Virus record (IMG/VR): IMGVR_UViG_3300021963_000099 | Source: an uncultured virus (IMG/VR IMGVR_UViG_3300021963_000099) | Lineage: Duplodnaviria; Heunggongvirae; Uroviricota; Caudoviricetes | Strand: one strand, 5' to 3' | Length of the DNA stretch: 20,000 bases | In this document: positions 1 through 8,071 of the stretch, piece by piece | Numbering within the stretch: position 1 is the stretch's first letter | Layout: every line of letters begins with the position of its first letter | Program-made: the position numbers and the translations under genes | The notes under the pieces: generated by a model | Databases searched by the model: none | What the model was told of the DNA's origin: nothing | The model's input: only the letters and a program-made list of their open reading frames with translations

Positions 1-1
1 T

Positions 2-502
2 GAAGTTAAGAGATATAATGAACAGTATATTTCTAAAGGTCGTGCATTAGGAGAACTTGGTCATCCAGATGGTCCAACCATCAATCTTGATCGAGTTTCA
101 CATAAGATTGTTTCTCTTGAACAAAAAGGAAATGATTTTATTGGTAAGGCACAGATCCTTTCAACACCAATGGGTAAGATTGCAGAATCTTTACTTAAAG
201 ATGGGGTAACTCTTGGAGTTTCATCTCGTGGTATTGGTTCACTTCGTCCAACTAAAGAAGGTTATTCTGAAGTTGGTGAAGACTTTATGCTTGCTACTGC
301 AGCAGATATTGTGGCAGATCCTTCTGCACCTGACGCTTTTGTTCAGGGAATTATGGAAGGTAAAGAGTGGGTATGGGAAGGTGGAATCCTTCGTGAAAGA
401 CTAGCGGAGCAAACTAAGCGTAATATTAATACTTTAGTTGATCAAGGAAGACTTGAAGAGCATAAGTTAGACTTATTTAATAAGTTTATAAATAGTTTAT
501 AA
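2..502 (+). CDS. g21: Prohead core protease gp21 (5' truncated by window edge)
   Basis: Frame is open from base 2: EVKRYNEQYISKGRALGELGHPDGPTINLDRVSH...GVSSRGIGS...ADIVADPSAPDAFV. These are the T4 gp21 catalytic His (ELGHP) and Ser (VSSRG) motifs; gene lies upstream of g22/g23. Confidence 0.96.
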   Translation, partial: EVKRYNEQYISKGRALGELGHPDGPTINLDRVSHKIVSLEQKGNDFIGKAQILSTPMGKIAESLLKDGVTLGVSSRGIGSLRPTKEGYSEVGEDFMLATAADIVADPSAPDAFVQGIMEGKEWVWEGGILRERLAEQTKRNINTLVDQGRLEEHKLDLFNKFINSL

Positions 503-525
503 ATTTATATTTTAATAAATAAATA
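487..525 (+). promoter_or_regulatory. Cluster of T4-type late promoters (gp55-dependent) upstream of g22
   Basis: TATAAATA at 487-494 and AATAAATA at 514-521 and 518-525 match the T4/cyanophage late consensus (N)ATAAATA. Confidence 0.75.
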
Positions 526-558
526 TAGATTAAAATAGAGGTTAATCGGAGAGTTCTA

Positions 559-1692
559 ATGTCCAGTGGAGATCTACAAGAAATGGAAGTAGGCACTAAG
601 CAATCCAAAACCGCCGTTAATTCAGGCGCAAAAGCATCTGATCCAATGCCAACCATGGCAGATCCTGGAACCCAGTTAGCTAGCGTAGAAGACCTAGGCG
701 GTCCTACTCCAGAAAACTACAAGTCTGACGACGAATCAGCAAAACTAAAAGATCCTTCAGCAACTCTAAAGCAAGTTAGAGATGTTGTCAACAAGAGTGC
801 AGGCAAAGCAGATGCAATGCCAAAAGGCATGAAGGAAGATGAAGATCTAGAAGATGAAGAAGTAATTGCTGAAGATGAAGATCTAGAAGATGAAGAAGTA
901 ATCTCTGAAGAAGAAAGAGATGAAGATGAGGATGAAGATGAGGAAGAGGAAGTAGAAGAAGAGTTCAATATCGAAGAAGATGTTGAAGCACTTCTTGCTG
1001 GAGAAGAACTCTCCGAAGAGTTCCAAGAGAAAGCAAAACTAGTTTTTGAAACTGCTCTAAGAGCAAGAGTTTCAGAGATTCGTGAATCTCTTGAAGCACA
1101 ATATGAAGAAGTACTTGCAGAAGAAGTTGCTGCAATTAAGATCGCTCTAGAAGAGCGTGTTGATTCTTACTTAGAGTATGTTGCTGATGAGTGGATGACT
1201 GAGAATCAACTAGTAGTCCAGGCTGGTATTAAAGAAGAACTCTCCGAGTCCTTCATGACCGGTCTAAAAGGACTTTTTGAAGAGCATTATGTAACAATCC
1301 CTGAAGATAAATATGATGTACTAGATAGCATGGTAGAAAAACTTGATGAAATGGAGACAAAACTCAACGAGCAAATTGAGAAGAACATCTCCCTAAACAA
1401 GCGTCTCGCAGAGTCGGTTGCTGACGGAATCTTCGATGAAATTTCAGAGGGCCTCGCTGCTACTCAGAAAGAAAAGCTCGCTTCACTTGCAGAAAGTGTT
1501 GAGTTTGAAAGTGAAGAAAAATATCGTGAAAAACTAGAGACCCTAAGGGAATCATATTTCCCAACAAATGGAGTTTCTCCAAAGGCACAAACTGAAACCC
1601 TCTCTGAGGGAGTAGATTCTGCTCCTGAAACTTATAGCAACTCAATGAGTGCTTATTTAAGAGCACTTTCAGTTACTTCGCCAAAAAACTGA
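559..1692 (+). CDS. g22: Prohead core scaffold protein gp22
   Basis: Acidic coiled-coil protein with EDLGGPTPENYK, LSEEFQEKAKLVFETA and YLEYVADEW motifs; located between g21 and g23; GGAG SD upstream. Confidence 0.93.
   Translation: MSSGDLQEMEVGTKQSKTAVNSGAKASDPMPTMADPGTQLASVEDLGGPTPENYKSDDESAKLKDPSATLKQVRDVVNKSAGKADAMPKGMKEDEDLEDEEVIAEDEDLEDEEVISEEERDEDEDEDEEEEVEEEFNIEEDVEALLAGEELSEEFQEKAKLVFETALRARVSEIRESLEAQYEEVLAEEVAAIKIALEERVDSYLEYVADEWMTENQLVVQAGIKEELSESFMTGLKGLFEEHYVTIPEDKYDVLDSMVEKLDEMETKLNEQIEKNISLNKRLAESVADGIFDEISEGLAATQKEKLASLAESVEFESEEKYREKLETLRESYFPTNGVSPKAQTETLSEGVDSAPETYSNSMSAYLRALSVTSPKN
835..906 (+). repeat. Two-copy 36-bp in-frame tandem duplication in g22 acidic linker
   Basis: 835-870 and 871-906 are identical at 34/36 nt (EDEDLEDEEVIA / EDEDLEDEEVIS). 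Confidence 0.92.
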
Positions 1693-1743
1693 ATTTAATA
1701 TTAAATCAAACCTAACAAACACACTTTTAAGAGGTAAAAGCAA

Positions 1744-3144
1744 ATGTTCAGTCAAGAGCATCTGCAGGAAAAGTGGGCACCCCTTCTGAACTATGAAGGC
1801 CTTGATACCATCAAGGATTCACACAGAAGATCAGTAACCGCTCAACTGCTAGAAAACCAAGAAAGATTTCTAAGAGAGCAAAACGATTTTGCAACTTCAG
1901 GTTCATTCCTAACTGAGGCTCCAACCAACTCAGCAGGTACTGGTGGTTATTCAAACACTGGTACTGGTGCTGCTGCTGGTGGTCCTGTTGCAGGTTTCGA
2001 TCCTGTTCTAATCAGTCTAATTCGCCGCGCAATGCCTAACCTGGTCGCTTATGACCTCGCTGGCGTTCAACCAATGACCGGTCCTACTGGACTCATCTTC
2101 GCAATGCGTTCACGCTACACCAATCAGAGTGGTACTGAAGCATTCTTCGACGAAGCAAATACTGCATTCTCTGGTCAGGACAGCGGATTCAACAACGAAG
2201 GTGCATTTACCGATGGAGTTGCTGGTTTCGGTACTACTGCTCAGTCAGGTACTAACCCAGGCGTTCTAAACCCAGTTGGTGCTGCTTCATCCCTATCCTA
2301 CAATGTAGGTCAAGGCATGAACACTGGAGACGCTGAGAATCTCGGCGTATCTGATCAGTTCAACGAAATGGCATTCTCAATCGAGAAAGTCACCGTAACT
2401 GCGAAGTCCAGAGCACTCAAGGCCGAGTATTCACTAGAACTCGCTCAAGACCTCAAGGCTATTCACGGTCTAAATGCAGAAGCAGAACTTGCTAACATTC
2501 TCTCTACTGAGATCCTCGCTGAGATCAACAGAGAAGTTATCAGAACCATCTATAAGGTTGCTGAGCAAGGTGCTGCTGTAAATACTGCTACCGCTGGTGT
2601 ATTTGACCTTGATGTTGACTCCAACGGTCGTTGGTCAGTTGAGAAGTTCAAGGGTCTACTCTTCCAAATCGAGCGCGACGCTAACGCAATCGCACAAAGA
2701 ACTCGTAGAGGAAAGGGCAACACTATCCTTTGCTCCGCTGATGTTGCTTCAGCACTAGCAATGGCAGGTGTACTTGATTACACCCCTGCACTTAATGCAA
2801 ATCTAAATGTAGACGATACTGGCAATACCTTTGCTGGTACTTTAATGGGCAAATTCCGCGTTTACATTGACCCATATTCAGCAAATGTATCTGCTCAGCA
2901 GTACTATGTTGTAGGTTATAAGGGTTCTTCACCTTATGACGCTGGACTATTCTATTGCCCATATGTTCCCCTCCAAATGGTTCGTGCCGTTGGTGAGAAC
3001 ACCTTCCAGCCAAAGATCGGCTTCAAGACCCGTTACGGTATTGTTGCAAATCCATTCGCAGAAGGAACCAACAAGGGTCTCGGTGCTCTTACTCACAACG
3101 CAAACCGTTACTACAGAAGAGTACAGGTCAAGAACCTCATGTGA
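1744..3144 (+). CDS. g23: Major capsid protein gp23
   Basis: KWAPLL, LIRRAMPNLVAYDLAGVQPMTGPTGLIFAMRSRY, KSRALKAEYSLELAQDLKAIHGL and FQPKIGFKTRYG are hallmark T4-like gp23 motifs; GAGGT SD at 1731-1735. Confidence 0.99.
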   Translation: MFSQEHLQEKWAPLLNYEGLDTIKDSHRRSVTAQLLENQERFLREQNDFATSGSFLTEAPTNSAGTGGYSNTGTGAAAGGPVAGFDPVLISLIRRAMPNLVAYDLAGVQPMTGPTGLIFAMRSRYTNQSGTEAFFDEANTAFSGQDSGFNNEGAFTDGVAGFGTTAQSGTNPGVLNPVGAASSLSYNVGQGMNTGDAENLGVSDQFNEMAFSIEKVTVTAKSRALKAEYSLELAQDLKAIHGLNAEAELANILSTEILAEINREVIRTIYKVAEQGAAVNTATAGVFDLDVDSNGRWSVEKFKGLLFQIERDANAIAQRTRRGKGNTILCSADVASALAMAGVLDYTPALNANLNVDDTGNTFAGTLMGKFRVYIDPYSANVSAQQYYVVGYKGSSPYDAGLFYCPYVPLQMVRAVGENTFQPKIGFKTRYGIVANPFAEGTNKGLGALTHNANRYYRRVQVKNLM

Positions 3145-3165
3145 TCCATTTCACAACTCTTTATC

Positions 3166-3191
3166 AGGGACCCGAAAGGGTCCCTTTTTTT
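3166..3191 (+). terminator. Rho-independent terminator after g23
   Basis: AGGGACCC-GAAA-GGGTCCCT perfect 8-bp stem with GNRA loop, followed by a T run. Confidence 0.95.
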
Positions 3192-3192
3192 G

Positions 3193-3200
3193 TCTAAATA
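3193..3200 (+). promoter_or_regulatory. Late promoter variant for g3
   Basis: TCTAAATA directly after the terminator and 11 nt before the g3 ATG. Confidence 0.65.
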
Positions 3201-3211
3201 GTTAGAAAAAA

Positions 3212-3778
3212 ATGGCAGATTATAAGGAATATAATAATGCTATAGAAAATAGAAATTTTCTATCTGCTTTAGGGTTTAGATTTACCGTAAACAGAGCGCC
3301 TAAGGTTGCATATTTTACTAATATTGCTAATATTCCAGGTTTAGAACTCGGTGTTGCAAAACAACAAAACTATCTAACAGAAATTCCAGTTCCTGGAGAT
3401 AAGATAACTTTTGATGATTTTACATTAAAATTTTTAGTTGATGAAAATCTTGAGAATTATATGGAACTTCAAAAATGGATGAGAGGTTTAGGGTTTCCAG
3501 AATCTTTAGATGAAATTTATGACTTGCAAAAGAATAATAAAAAATTTTCAGAGAATATTAGAAAGTCCCAAATGAATATCTATTCAGATGGTACTTTGAT
3601 CGTTTATAATAGTAATCAAAGATATAATTTTGAAGTTAGATTTAGTTATCTCTTTCCATATAAACTATCACCATTACAATTTGATTCTACTACACCAGAT
3701 GATCAATACTTTACTGCAGAAGTATCTTTTAAATATTTGATGTATAATATAACTGATAAAAACGGAAATACCTTATGA
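3212..3778 (+). CDS. g3: Tail tube terminator / tail completion protein gp3
   Basis: NRNFLS..GFRF, ANIPGLELG, IPVPGDKITFDDFTLKFLVDENLENY and LSPLQFD motifs; usual position between g23 and uvsY in cyanophages. Confidence 0.85.
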   Translation: MADYKEYNNAIENRNFLSALGFRFTVNRAPKVAYFTNIANIPGLELGVAKQQNYLTEIPVPGDKITFDDFTLKFLVDENLENYMELQKWMRGLGFPESLDEIYDLQKNNKKFSENIRKSQMNIYSDGTLIVYNSNQRYNFEVRFSYLFPYKLSPLQFDSTTPDDQYFTAEVSFKYLMYNITDKNGNTL

Positions 3779-4212
3779 CATTTGATTTGGAAACAATTCA
3801 AAATATGTGGGAGAAGGATTCAAAAATAGATATTGATAATTTACATACAGAATCTATTAACATTCCTGTTCTTCACGCAAAATATTTTGATCTTTATAAC
3901 AATATAATACTTTTAAAGAAAAAAGCAGAGCAACAAAGAAAAAATATTCGTCACGAAAGATATGAGTATTATTCTGGAAAGGCAGATGCAGAAGTGTATC
4001 AGGAAGATCCTTTTCCTAAAAAAATAAGAGATAAAGATACTATGCAAAAGTATCTAGATGCTGATGATAAATTGATGAATGTAAATCTCAAAATAGACTA
4101 CTATGAAACTCTCATAAATTATATTGAGAGTATTCTTAAACAAGTCTCTAATAGGACTTATCAGATTAAGAATGCCATCGAATTTATTAAATTCCAGGCA
4201 GGTTATGGTTAA
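3775..4212 (+). CDS. uvsY: Recombination mediator UvsY
   Basis: LHTESINIPVLHAKY, YYSGKA, YLDAD and RTYQIKNAIEF motifs; ATGA overlap with g3; directly upstream of uvsW. Confidence 0.9.
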   Translation: MTFDLETIQNMWEKDSKIDIDNLHTESINIPVLHAKYFDLYNNIILLKKKAEQQRKNIRHERYEYYSGKADAEVYQEDPFPKKIRDKDTMQKYLDADDKLMNVNLKIDYYETLINYIESILKQVSNRTYQIKNAIEFIKFQAGYG

Positions 4213-5677
4213 TAGTGCAGATCTCATTATTTCAAAGTCTAATGAAGTATATTTAAAAATAGAAACGGAACCTCATATTGAATATGAACTTAGAGATTAT
4301 TTTAAGTTTGAGGTTCCTAATGCCAAATTCATGCCTCAATATAGAAAAAGAAATTGGAATGGAGAAATTCATTTATTTGATCCTAGAACCAAACAACTTT
4401 ATATTGGTCTTTTAGATAAATTAGCAACTTTCTGCAAAAATTATAATTATACTTATGAGTTTAAAGATAACAAATATTATGGACTTCCATTTGAAATTAA
4501 TGAACACATTTCAATAGAAGGAGTAAAGGATTATATTTCTTCTATTACTCACTTTTCTCCAAGGTCTTATCAAATAGAGGCAGTATATGATGCCCTACGA
4601 CATAATCGAAAACTTCTGATAAGTCCAACTGCGTCAGGAAAAAGTTTGATGATTTACGCTGTCTTGCGGTACTATGCGGATAAGAATCAAAAAATTCTGA
4701 TAGTTGTTCCAACGACCAGTCTTGTAGATCAACTAGTCGGTGATTTTCGTGATTACGGATGGGATGCTGATTCATATTGCCACAAGATATACTCTGGTAG
4801 AGAAAAGAGAAATGATATGCCAGTTACAGTTACTACTTGGCAATCTGTATATAAATTAGAAAGATCTTTCTTTGAAGATTATGATGTAGTTATTGGAGAT
4901 GAGGCACACTTATTTAAAAGTAAGTCTCTTATATCTATAATGACAAAGTTGCATCATGCAAAATATAGATTTGGTTTTACTGGAACTTTAGATGGAACTC
5001 AAACTCATAAATGGGTTCTTGAAGGATTATTTGGACCATCATATAAAGTAACTAGAACATCTGAATTGATGGAAAAAGGACACATATCTAAACTTGATAT
5101 TAGATGTCTCCTATTAAAGCATAACCCTCAAAAATTTGAAACCTATGAAGATGAGATTCAATATTTAATATCTCATGATAAAAGAAATAACTTCATTAAA
5201 AATTTAGCAATAGATTTAAAAGGAAATACATTAGTCTTATTTAATAGAGTGTCTGCTCATGGAGAACCACTTTTTAATAAAATAAATAGTTCTGTTGGTG
5301 ACACTAGAAAAGTATTTTTTGTTCATGGAGGAGTTGATACTGAAGAAAGAGAATTAGTAAGAGAGATAACAGAAAGAGAAAACAACGCTATTATTGTTGC
5401 CTCTTATGGAACTTTTTCTACAGGTATTAATATTAAGAACCTCCATAATGTTATCTTTGCTTCACCCAGTAAATCAAGAATTAGAAATCTTCAGTCAATT
5501 GGAAGAGTACTTAGAAAGGGAAAAAATAAAACTAAAGCTGTCCTCTACGACATCTCTGATGATTGTACATATAAATCATTAAAAAATTATACTCTTAATC
5601 ATCTAATAGAAAGAATAAAAATATATAATGAAGAAAATTTTAATTACGAAATATTACCTATTAATTTAAAAGAATGA
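4205..5677 (+). CDS. uvsW: SF2 RNA-DNA/DNA helicase UvsW
   Basis: PRSYQ, SPTASGKS (Walker A), GDEAH (Walker B), GFTGT and LQSIGRVLR. Start reassigned to ATG 4205 (MVNSADL), which overlaps the end of uvsY. Confidence 0.96.
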   Translation: MVNSADLIISKSNEVYLKIETEPHIEYELRDYFKFEVPNAKFMPQYRKRNWNGEIHLFDPRTKQLYIGLLDKLATFCKNYNYTYEFKDNKYYGLPFEINEHISIEGVKDYISSITHFSPRSYQIEAVYDALRHNRKLLISPTASGKSLMIYAVLRYYADKNQKILIVVPTTSLVDQLVGDFRDYGWDADSYCHKIYSGREKRNDMPVTVTTWQSVYKLERSFFEDYDVVIGDEAHLFKSKSLISIMTKLHHAKYRFGFTGTLDGTQTHKWVLEGLFGPSYKVTRTSELMEKGHISKLDIRCLLLKHNPQKFETYEDEIQYLISHDKRNNFIKNLAIDLKGNTLVLFNRVSAHGEPLFNKINSSVGDTRKVFFVHGGVDTEERELVREITERENNAIIVASYGTFSTGINIKNLHNVIFASPSKSRIRNLQSIGRVLRKGKNKTKAVLYDISDDCTYKSLKNYTLNHLIERIKIYNEENFNYEILPINLKE

Positions 5678-6075
5678 TGGAAGATGAATTTTTTGCTTCA
5701 ATAAAATTAAAGAATGGAGAAGAGATTTTCTCTAAGGTATCTCCTTCTGACGAAGGAGATAAAGTTATTCTAATATTAGAAAATCCAGTAATAATAAAGG
5801 AAATAAAAATTAGATCAGAAACTTCTGGATACAAAGTAGAACCTTGGATTAAATCATCTTCTCAAGATATTTTTGTTATTAATATGGAAGATGTATTAAC
5901 CATATCAGAATCTTCTGATAGTTATTTTATTAAAATATATAATAAATTTTTAAGATCAAGTAGGCCTAATGTAAGTAAATCAAGCACTGATACATTTAAA
6001 AATAGAAAGATGGGATATATCTCTAATGTAACTGATGCTAAAAGTATTCTTGAAAAGATCTATAAGAACAGCTAA
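5674..6075 (+). CDS. Conserved cyanophage hypothetical protein downstream of uvsW (possible Sm-like beta fold)
   Basis: ASIKLKNGEEIFSKV N-terminus and MGYISNVTDAKSILEKIY C-terminus; ATGA coupling to uvsW. Confidence 0.75.
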   Translation: MMEDEFFASIKLKNGEEIFSKVSPSDEGDKVILILENPVIIKEIKIRSETSGYKVEPWIKSSSQDIFVINMEDVLTISESSDSYFIKIYNKFLRSSRPNVSKSSTDTFKNRKMGYISNVTDAKSILEKIYKNS

Positions 6076-6113
6076 AGCTCTTTAATATAATTATTTTAAA
6101 CTCTGACAAAGTT

Positions 6114-6143
6114 ATTATACACAGATTTCAAATTACTTGTCAA
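6114..6143 (-). promoter_or_regulatory. Leftward (antisense) sigma70-type promoter
   Basis: Minus strand reads TTGACA (6143-6138), 18-nt spacer, TATAAT (6119-6114): both hexamers are perfect consensus. Confidence 0.7.
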
Positions 6144-6165
6144 GTGTTTTTCAAAATGGTATAAT
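6137..6165 (+). promoter_or_regulatory. Rightward sigma70-type early promoter for the g55/g47/g46 unit
   Basis: TTGTCA (6137-6142), 17 nt, TATAAT (6160-6165), with extended -10 TG at 6157-6158. Confidence 0.8.
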
Positions 6166-6187
6166 TTAAACAATTCAAACCATAAAT

Positions 6188-6535
6188 ATGAATGATCCAG
6201 AGTTTCCTTGTACATTTTGTGGATGCTGTTGTTCTCATGTGGACATGGCAATAGAAAATGCTAGGAAATCTCCTCATCCGGTTTGGAATAACTCTGCAGA
6301 AACTTTTCCTTTCAGTTACGATATAAACGGTAAGTGTGAAAAACTCATTAATAATAAATGTTCTGTTTATGAAGATAGACCCTTACTTTGTAATTTAAAA
6401 AAATTGGGAGAGCTTCTTGAGTTAGATACAAAAACATGGTATTACATGGTTTCTAAGTCATGTAATCAACTAATGGATCAAGAAAATGTCCCAGATGAAT
6501 ATAGGATCAATGCAGAAAACATACTTACAAGTTAA
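6188..6535 (+). CDS. YkgJ-like CxxCxxCC putative zinc/iron-chelating (Fe-S) protein
   Basis: FPCTFCGCCC ... GKCEKLINNKCSVYEDRPLLC matches the family cysteine pattern CxxCxxCC...C..L...C.iY..RP..C. Confidence 0.8.
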   Translation: MNDPEFPCTFCGCCCSHVDMAIENARKSPHPVWNNSAETFPFSYDINGKCEKLINNKCSVYEDRPLLCNLKKLGELLELDTKTWYYMVSKSCNQLMDQENVPDEYRINAENILTS

Positions 6536-6536
6536 A

Positions 6537-7016
6537 ATGTCTAAAGGAAAAAGGTCGGAACATTATGTCAATAATAAAGAATTTTTAGAAGCTCTTATAA
6601 TTTACAAGAAAAAATTAAAAGATGCTGAAGAGAAGGGATTGCCAAAACCTGTAATTCCAAGGTATATTGGTGAATGTTTCTTAAAGATTGCAAACCATTT
6701 ATCATTTAAACCTAATTTTGTAAATTATATCTTTAAGGATGATATGATTTCAGATGGTATTGAAAATTGTGTTCAATATGTTCACAACTTTGATCCAGAA
6801 AAATCAGATAATCCATTTGCATATTTTACTCAAATTATTTACTATGCATTTCTTAGAAGGATCCAAAAAGAAAAAAAGCAACTAGAGATTAAAAATAGAA
6901 TCCTTGAGAAAAGTGGTTATGATCAAGTATTTGTAGATGATGATTCTAATGGTGGAGGAAATTATAGTGATTATAACAGCATCAAAGATACCGTGTATTC
7001 AAAAATGAGAAGTTGA
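6537..7016 (+). CDS. g55: Late transcription sigma factor gp55
   Basis: HYVNNKEF, YIGECFLKIA.HLS, DMISDGIENC and NPFAYFTQIIYYAFLRRI.KEKKQ. Start reassigned to ATG 6537 (MSKGKRSEHY). Confidence 0.96.
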   Translation: MSKGKRSEHYVNNKEFLEALIIYKKKLKDAEEKGLPKPVIPRYIGECFLKIANHLSFKPNFVNYIFKDDMISDGIENCVQYVHNFDPEKSDNPFAYFTQIIYYAFLRRIQKEKKQLEIKNRILEKSGYDQVFVDDDSNGGGNYSDYNSIKDTVYSKMRS

Positions 7017-7017
7017 A

Positions 7018-8070
7018 ATGAAAGTTGCAATTATTACTGATCAACACTTTGGAGCAAGAAAAAATTCTAAACTATTTCATGACTTTTTTCTAAAGTTTTA
7101 TAATGATGTATTTTTTCCAACATTGGAAGAACAGGGTATTACTACAATTATTGATATGGGTGATACATTTGATTCCAGAAAAGGAATTGATTTTTCTTCT
7201 CTTGCTTGGGCAAAAGATAATTATTATGATAAATTAAAATCTTTAGGTTGCACAATCCATACTATTGTTGGAAATCACACTGCATACTATAAAAATACGA
7301 ATAAGATTAATGCAATCGATTTATTGCTTAGAGAATATGATAATGTCATAACTTATTCAGAACCAACAGAAGTTAATATTTGTGGATTAAATATATTATT
7401 TTTACCTTGGATCAATGAAGAAAATGAAGAACTTGCTATTAAAATTATTAAAGAGACAACTTGCAACTGTGCGATGGGGCACCTTGAACTCGCAGGATTT
7501 GCTGCTAATCGACAGTGCATCATGGAGCATGGTCATGACCGCAAGTTATTTGAGAAAATCACCAAGGTATTGTCGGGGCACTACCATACTAGAAGCTATG
7601 CTGGAAACATTTTCTACATAGGAAATCCATACGAAATTTATTGGAACGATACGGAAGATCAAAGAGGATTTGCCATTTTTGATACTGAAACTTTAGAACA
7701 TGAATATGTAAATAATCCTTATACAATTTTTGAAACTATTTACTATGAAGATTTAAATTATCAAGTTTTTAATTTTAGTAAATACACAGATAAGATTGTA
7801 AAAGTTGTTGTTAGAAAAAATACTAATAAAAATAAGTTTGAAAAGTTTATTGATTCTCTTTATAATGCAAATGTTGCTGATTTGAAGATAATTGAAAATT
7901 ATAATTTTGATGGTTGGTATTCAAAAGAAGAATTTAAAAAGGAAATAGAATCGGAAGATACTCTTTCTATTCTTAATACATATATTAGAGAGTCTGATGC
8001 AGATCTAGACAAAACAAAACTTTCCGATATTATTCGGAACATCTATCAAGAATCTTGTGAGATGATCTAA
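7018..8070 (+). CDS. g47: Recombination nuclease subunit gp47 (Mre11/SbcD-like)
   Basis: Metallophosphoesterase motifs TDQHFG, GDTFD, VGNH, MGHLE and SGHYH. Confidence 0.96.
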   Translation: MKVAIITDQHFGARKNSKLFHDFFLKFYNDVFFPTLEEQGITTIIDMGDTFDSRKGIDFSSLAWAKDNYYDKLKSLGCTIHTIVGNHTAYYKNTNKINAIDLLLREYDNVITYSEPTEVNICGLNILFLPWINEENEELAIKIIKETTCNCAMGHLELAGFAANRQCIMEHGHDRKLFEKITKVLSGHYHTRSYAGNIFYIGNPYEIYWNDTEDQRGFAIFDTETLEHEYVNNPYTIFETIYYEDLNYQVFNFSKYTDKIVKVVVRKNTNKNKFEKFIDSLYNANVADLKIIENYNFDGWYSKEEFKKEIESEDTLSILNTYIRESDADLDKTKLSDIIRNIYQESCEMI

Positions 8071-8071
8071 T

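Noticed and set aside
213..404. Short +1-frame ORFs (213-404, 2936-3205, 5394-5582, 8920-9129, 12958-13194, 18418-18642)
   Set aside because: Leu/Lys/Ser-rich shadow frames expected from codon bias; no independent support.
717..968. Minus-strand poly-Ser ORF
   Set aside because: Antisense shadow of the GAA/GAT acidic tract in g22.
3145..3211. Absence of vertex gene g24 after g23, and of g62 directly after g44
   Set aside because: Ordinary for T4-like cyanophages; g62 may lie beyond the window.
4124..4204. Longer uvsW N-terminus from the ORF track
   Set aside because: Non-ATG start deep inside uvsY; ATG 4205 gives the usual short overlap and N-terminus.
6486..6536. Longer g55 N-terminus
   Set aside because: Overlaps the upstream CxxCxxCC gene; ATG 6537 directly follows its stop.
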